Source: Azolla caroliniana
Lineage: Eukaryota > Plantae > Polypodiophyta
NCBI GenBank assembly: GCA_043228905.1
Contig: JBHGNT010000003.1
Location: 22,134,001-22,198,000, forward strand
Length of the DNA stretch: 64,000 bases
Reading direction: 5' to 3'
How positions within the stretch are numbered: position 1 is the first letter of the stretch; the number at the start of each line of letters is the position of its first letter. The translations under genes and the position numbers were made by a program. Positions 58,230 to 64,000 of this stretch are shown one piece after another. The notes under the pieces were generated by a model. The model was given only the letters and a program-made list of their open reading frames with translations, did not search any database and had not been told where the DNA came from.

Positions 58230-60829
58230 ACTGTTGTGTGATAGTCAGAGTGTCATTGCATTGGTGAAAAACCCAATATACTATGAAAAGACGAAGCACA
58301 TTGGAGTGCGATATCACTTCATCCGAGAATGCATATTTGTTGGCTATATTAGTCTTGGGAAAGTTGTCTCTCAAGAAAATGCCGCAGATGCATTGACCAA
58401 AGCTCTACCGCATGATGTGCTAGAGCATTGCTGTCACTTGATGGGAATTACTTAGGTCTTCAGGTTACACATTGTTTTTGTATACTATGTAACATATTCA
58501 TCAAGTAGGATCTCTAGGTCTTGTAGAATCTTCCCATCAGCTTTGTTGATCCCTTCTTTGGCCTTTAGTGGGAGATCGATAAAAAGTGCGAAAGGCCAAA
58601 AAAGTAATTCTCAGTATTTATCACTGGGTATATAATTTAATAGAAAATGAGGGTTTTGTGAGCACGCCAAAATTATTTTTCTGTGCTGTCTTGTGTGTGT
58701 GTGTGTGTGTGTTGTTCATCGTTTTCTCCGCAGAAAAACAGCAAGTTGTCCGCTACTCCTTGCTTCACAACACAACCAAACCAATTCAATTAAGAGAATA
58801 ATCAGTGGGTGTGGGTGTGTGTATAAATCAGGAACTAATTAAGCTGCTCAAGCTTCAAGTGACTGGTTTGACTGCAGACATTCCAAACGGGTAAATACTT
58901 TGATAATGACCACTGATACTAGTTGCAGCGCAGCAGGTGCGGATTGGATGAAACGTATAGAACATTTTAACCTCTGTTACTAACCTAGGACCTTCAACCA
59001 ATTACAAGTGGGGATTAAAGTAAGGTAGACAATTGAAAAGCATTTAATTTTCTAATCCATATAAGTGTAAATTAGGACGTGATGAGCCAATGACAAAAGA
59101 TGAGAGCTTAGATATTCTATACTGGTGTGTAGATTATTCTATCTTGGTTTGTTGATCTTAATAATTAAAGAGTGGCTACGGCCATTGCATGCGGCATTAT
59201 TACTAATTATGGGAATGGTATTGGAATGATGCATGCAGCCTCCTCATCCACAACTACATCCTATTAGGATGCTATGGATCCCGAACGATCTCAACAGATG
59301 TATCAACAATAATAATAATGATGATGTTATTATTATGATATATAATCACTCAGATTGACAAATAATCAAGAGAATCAGTGTTTATGTAAACATGAGAAAG
59401 TAATCAAGCTTATACATACTTGCAACTTTGCAAGAGTAGCGGCAGAAGAGATTGGATGTGTGCTGGACGAAAAGAATAGGAATTTTGACTTAAGAGATAA
59501 GAGTCGAGAGATATTATATGTAAAGCCTGAAAGGGAGGTATATTTATTGAAGGCATGTCTAAATGACAGACAACACAATGAGGGCATCAATTATTACATA
59601 GTTTGCAGTCGGTCAATCACTCCTATAATATGAGAGAAGGTGATTATATTATAGAAGAACACACGTGAATATGTTGAGAATGATGAGTGTGGGGTTGAGA
59701 GGAACTATTTAATATGCTAGCATCCATTTCTCAAGTCAACTTCTAAATCACATCGGCAATACTTTATGTGTTTGGTCAAGGCTTTTGAAACTAGGCATAC
59801 ATGAGATACGCTTGATGTTGTAGGTATATCTACTTTGAAACTACCACCATTGGATACTCATTCCCCACCCTAAGTTGCCTACGTAAACCTTGTATTAAAC
59901 CCCCTGCAAATGGGAATAACAGAGTTACTGCCTAGCTTAGGACCAACTTTTCTATAGCTTTTTCCACCATGCTTAGAACATCTTGTTTGTACATTTGATT
60001 CTTTATGTATGTATTTCAGCCAACTTGTTATGTATCCTTCATATCTCTCAATAATTGTTAGCATCCATTCCTATTACCAATTTAGAGTGGGTTCCAAAGC
60101 CCTCATGATCTTTATCACCATGCTCTTGCAACATTCAAACTTTTGCTACACGAGGTCGCCAACCCCACAATGAACCTATGAGAATTGAACCAACACCAGA
60201 GACTTGCCCATATGAAGAGGTGATTCAAGGAGAATTGAACGATTACGACATCTTCTTTCCTCGGAAGCTCCATGCCTCGGCGTTCAATTTTAGAGCTTCA
60301 ATCCCAAAAAGCGAAGATGGCACGATACCATTGCATGATTTCTCATGGCTAGTACAAGCATGGCAAACTATATGGGATAATGCATGTAGAAATGATCGAG
60401 TCAACACACTTTCCAAGTACCATGCCATATCTAAGGAATATTGGTTCTTATTTGTTATGAGCATTTAATTAAGTTCTTTAACCTTAGGGTTAGGTGTGAG
60501 CTAATTAATGCCCAACAAAGGGTGAGGGTTGAGTTATCTCAATTATTCTATTGTGGGAAACAACTTTAGAGTTTTCATCACTTGGTCACTTATTAAAAAA
60601 AGGAACTTGAAGTATGCGACATACAAGGGCATAAGTTTTAACCCATATACGATGACTAGTTACCTTCATGAAGGTGCCTCGTATCTTTATTGTTTGGAGA
60701 TTCAAACTCTAAGATTGTGGGCAAAGATCTAGCTTCATACACATATGCCTCCTTCTTCTTTAAATCCAACGTAGAATCCATGTATGTACTCTTGTACTTG
60801 GTGGTAAGGGACACCGATGGGGGACTTGG

Positions 60830-62335
60830 ATCTGTCTCTCACCTTCTCTTGGGTTTTAGGGGTTTAGGTGGATTAGCATCATTTCTTCCTTCTATGTAAT
60901 GTTAATTAAGAAAAATTAATGACTATTAAAATTCTCGTATTTACAAATCGATGTTTCTTAGAGGATGTATTGGGACGAGTTATCAAATCTGAAGTAAATG
61001 GGCCTTTATTGGTAGATTTGATGGTAGCAATGCACCTTTGTTGTAAGGGCCCAATAACCTTGACATATAAACTAGGAAAGAAAATAGGCTCTTCGTTACA
61101 ACCCCATTACAGCCACATTGACGAATTCACATCGAGAATTGGAACAAGTCTTATGGAGATCCACTGTCATAAGAAATTCAGAGAAATATGTACCTTCCTT
61201 ACACAATGACTCTTCCCAAGGATTCAAGTTTTATTTAAGAATGCTATTCAAGGTAAGAGTAATACTTATATAAATCTCGGCAAAGATTTCATTTCCGTTT
61301 ATGTGCCAAACATGAAGATCATCGTAGTGTTTTGTACATCAAAATCAGACTATGTGATCGATGTTCTAGTATGAGCTACAATCGATATTCAAGAGACCTT
61401 AGCCTATGTACAAGACAATGGTATGGAATTTTGGTCATAATATGTGTGCAACCCAAGAGGGGTCATAGTATGGAATTCAAGATTTAGATAAGGGGCCAAA
61501 AACAATTGTCATCGAAGAGGATGAATCTTACAAGAGAATAGTAATGGAGATTAGAGAGGCGTTAGAGCCCAAATTTAATTCAGTGAAAGAAATGGTTGTT
61601 GCCAATCATCTAGAGATCATAAGGACGTTGCATGAAATACATAGTGAAAATACATAGTGAGATTACATGTATGAGAGAAGATGTTTTGAGCAAGGTTCAA
61701 AAAGAGATTGATAGTTTATTGAAGTTTTTAATAGAGTCTGACATTGAGAAGCAATTGCCTCCTTTTCTCGTCCTTAATGCTAGTAATGGTGTGAACAACA
61801 TAAGGAAGGTAGTAACTTCGTTGTCGGGAGGCCATGTTTGATTTGTGAGACTTGAGCTTTGTTCCGAGGATAGCACATCCCCACAGTTAGTGGAAAACCA
61901 ACCCGGCATCACAATTACTTGTTTGTCCGAGCCTCTAATAGAGGGATGTTGACTACAATTGTTTGTCCATATGTGAATAATTTAGTTTGGATGTTGACTA
62001 CAATGGCTATGCTTGGTATTAAATTAGTAATTCCACTCGCAGATGGTTTTGCAACGACATCACTTCCCCACTTTAAATTGCCAAAAGAGTATCTTATGAT
62101 ATCTAATGCACTTGTATTCAAAACGGGTACATGTGCAACATCAAGTATTGCTCACTTGTCGCTGACATCAGTGTCTTTTAAAAAATGGCAAAAATGCTTG
62201 GTTCTAATATTAAAGGATAAAATACAAGGGTGCAACAAACAAAATCATATATGATAGGTTCTTTCTCAAGTTGCATGTAGTAATCAAGTTGCATGGTTAT
62301 GTGACCACCACATTAGATATCTTGCTAGGCTAAAT
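60830..62335 (+). pseudogene. Divergent Roco pseudogene fragment (COR to C-terminus), opposite orientation
   Basis: FTNRCFLEDVLG...DLMVAMHLCCK, MREDVLSKV...IEKQLPPFLVL, PYVNNLVWMLTT and QVAWLCDHH, with many stops and frameshifts. Confidence 0.85.
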
Positions 62336-62760
62336 TATATCTTGCTCATACAGGAGATTTGAACAAGAAAGGCATGATCTCATTTGTTTGAAATGCCTAG
62401 TTTCAAATGTTGTTTATTGGACATTTCTATGTAATTCTTGACTAAACACATCCATGCTAACATATAGAAATCACTACTTTTGTCTGAATGGGTGAAGGTT
62501 TTCCCTCCTAATTCAGTGATGTTTATGCTTATAAGAAAGGAAAATACATACCCCCCTCCCCTCGCCCCCTCAAATCTCACTAATGACTCTTGTTGACCCT
62601 ACTCTCATGTACTACGTAGTTTGGTATGCACAAATCTATTTATTTCATGATCACATTAGCTATATTATCACAAAATTTGTGTGATATGCTAAAGAAGTTT
62701 CACATCATATCGTTGGTTTTATTCTCAAATTGCTCAAAAGAGAACCTACCATAGTCTAGT

Positions 62761-63593
62761 TATGGTTTTATTCAACAATGTGTGAATAAGGAAATCATGT
62801 GAGGAAAAGTAATGTTGCAATGCAGAAGGAAATGTGCTGAATAATAGGCCAAAAAAGTGGCACGAAATAACATCGGGATTCTAAAAGTATACAAGTAAGA
62901 TAGATTTAGAACAAGACCCGAATCCCACACCCCATTTCTCATGTAATAAGAGAAAGCCCTAACTAGATTGATTTATCCATTTCACGTAATTCAGTCGGTT
63001 ACATGTTTTTCATAGCACCTTTCATGTCATGCCACATAAAGATGGATTACCTAAAATCAGTTGTGCCTTTTCTCATTTAGCATAGTGTTCAAACATTATT
63101 TTAGGTCATTTAGAGCCCATTCTGTGGCTCTAGATACATGTATACTTAGATATAGATTACCTAAACAATGGCACGTTTGGGTTGGGGCCAGTTTGGCCTC
63201 TGGCCTTTGTTTGTAAAGCTTTTTCTTTGTTTGTAGTTTTGTTGATTTCCATTTACGTTTTGTACGAAATCCTGTAAGGACTTGAAATCTCAATAGCACC
63301 ATTGTCTGAGGCTTTAAATGAGAATTCATATCCGAAATGCAAAAACTATCTCAGAAGAAAGTCATTGAAAACTTTGTCAAAGAACCGGCACTTTAGGCAT
63401 AGTTGGTACCGATGTTTACTGAGATTGGGAATCCCCACTTCGTGCTGATCGTATCGTATTGTCTTCGCTTATTGCAGCTGTGGTAATCGAGGCTTTGCTT
63501 TGTATGGTTTTATTCAGCAATGTGTGAATAAGGAAATCGTGTGAGGAAAAGTTAATGTAACAATGCAGGAAAGAAATGTGCTGAATAATAGGC
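62761..63593. repeat. Dispersed direct repeat of ~90 bp (62761-62850 and 63503-63593)
   Basis: TATGGTTTTATTCA.CAATGTGTGAATAAGGAAATC.TGTGAGGAAAAGT...GAAATGTGCTGAATAATAGGC. Confidence 0.75.
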
Positions 63594-64000
63594 AATAATC
63601 AGATGGCAAATCTGAATCGAAGATAGGTACCTAAACGATTAAAAATGAACATAATCAACTAGAATATATTAACAGTGTTCAAGTTCAACAAACACAGATT
63701 TTGGGTTCAAAAACATACAATGAAAATAGACATAGGGTGATTGCAGGTGGCAGTTAAGGCAATAATAGAAAATCTTGAATGGCAATGGGGATGTCTAATG
63801 TTTCTATGCTCTGAGCCTCTGAAGAGAAACAAATTAGCCTTGTTGGGAACACCCACATGTCCATAATACATCACCAGGTAGGGAGTTGCATCATATATTG
63901 AAGAGACATTGAAAATATAGGATCTCCACATAAGATAGGAATGAAATTATTCAAAGGCCATATATAGAGACAACCAAAATACAGAGTTGTGAGAATCTCA

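Larger units (their letters stand above)
56750..58576 (+). mobile_element. Ty1/copia RT-RNase H relic with an internal foreign insert
   Basis: VCRLRKSIYGLKQSPRIWY, GVYADDL, HFLGIKI, HWIALKRLLRYLK and CDSQSVIALVKNPIYYEKTKHIGVRYHFIRE. PPT-like AGTGGGAGA at ~58567. Confidence 0.88.

Noticed and set aside
63000-64000. Possible exons or a further Roco fragment at the right edge
   Set aside because: Only a ~40-bp similarity to 46795-46845 and no recognisable reading frame.

Overview
Plant nuclear DNA, AT-rich with spliceosomal introns. The gene style suggests a fern or other seed-free plant (inference). In order: (1) a PLS/E-class PPR gene on the minus strand that runs off the left edge. (2) A ~10-kb tandem array of about 25 tRNA-Leu(UAA) genes and pseudogenes, built from ~563-bp A/B dimers that lack oligo-T terminators and are interrupted by three insertions. 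(3) A 5-exon RAD52-2/ODB2-like gene with inverted Penelope-like RT relics in an intron. (4) A 4-exon Y14/RBM8 gene. (5) An 8-coding-exon DCP5/LSM14 gene. (6) A segmentally duplicated cluster with one intact intronless TORNADO1-like LRR-Roc-COR (Roco) gene, three Roco pseudogene copies, orphan DCP5 3' exons and Ty1/copia relics. The most unusual items are the terminator-less tRNA array, a small LTR element ending in a CCA-bearing 3' half of tRNA-Arg(UCU), and the birth-and-death Roco cluster. All calls are from manual reading; no database search was run.
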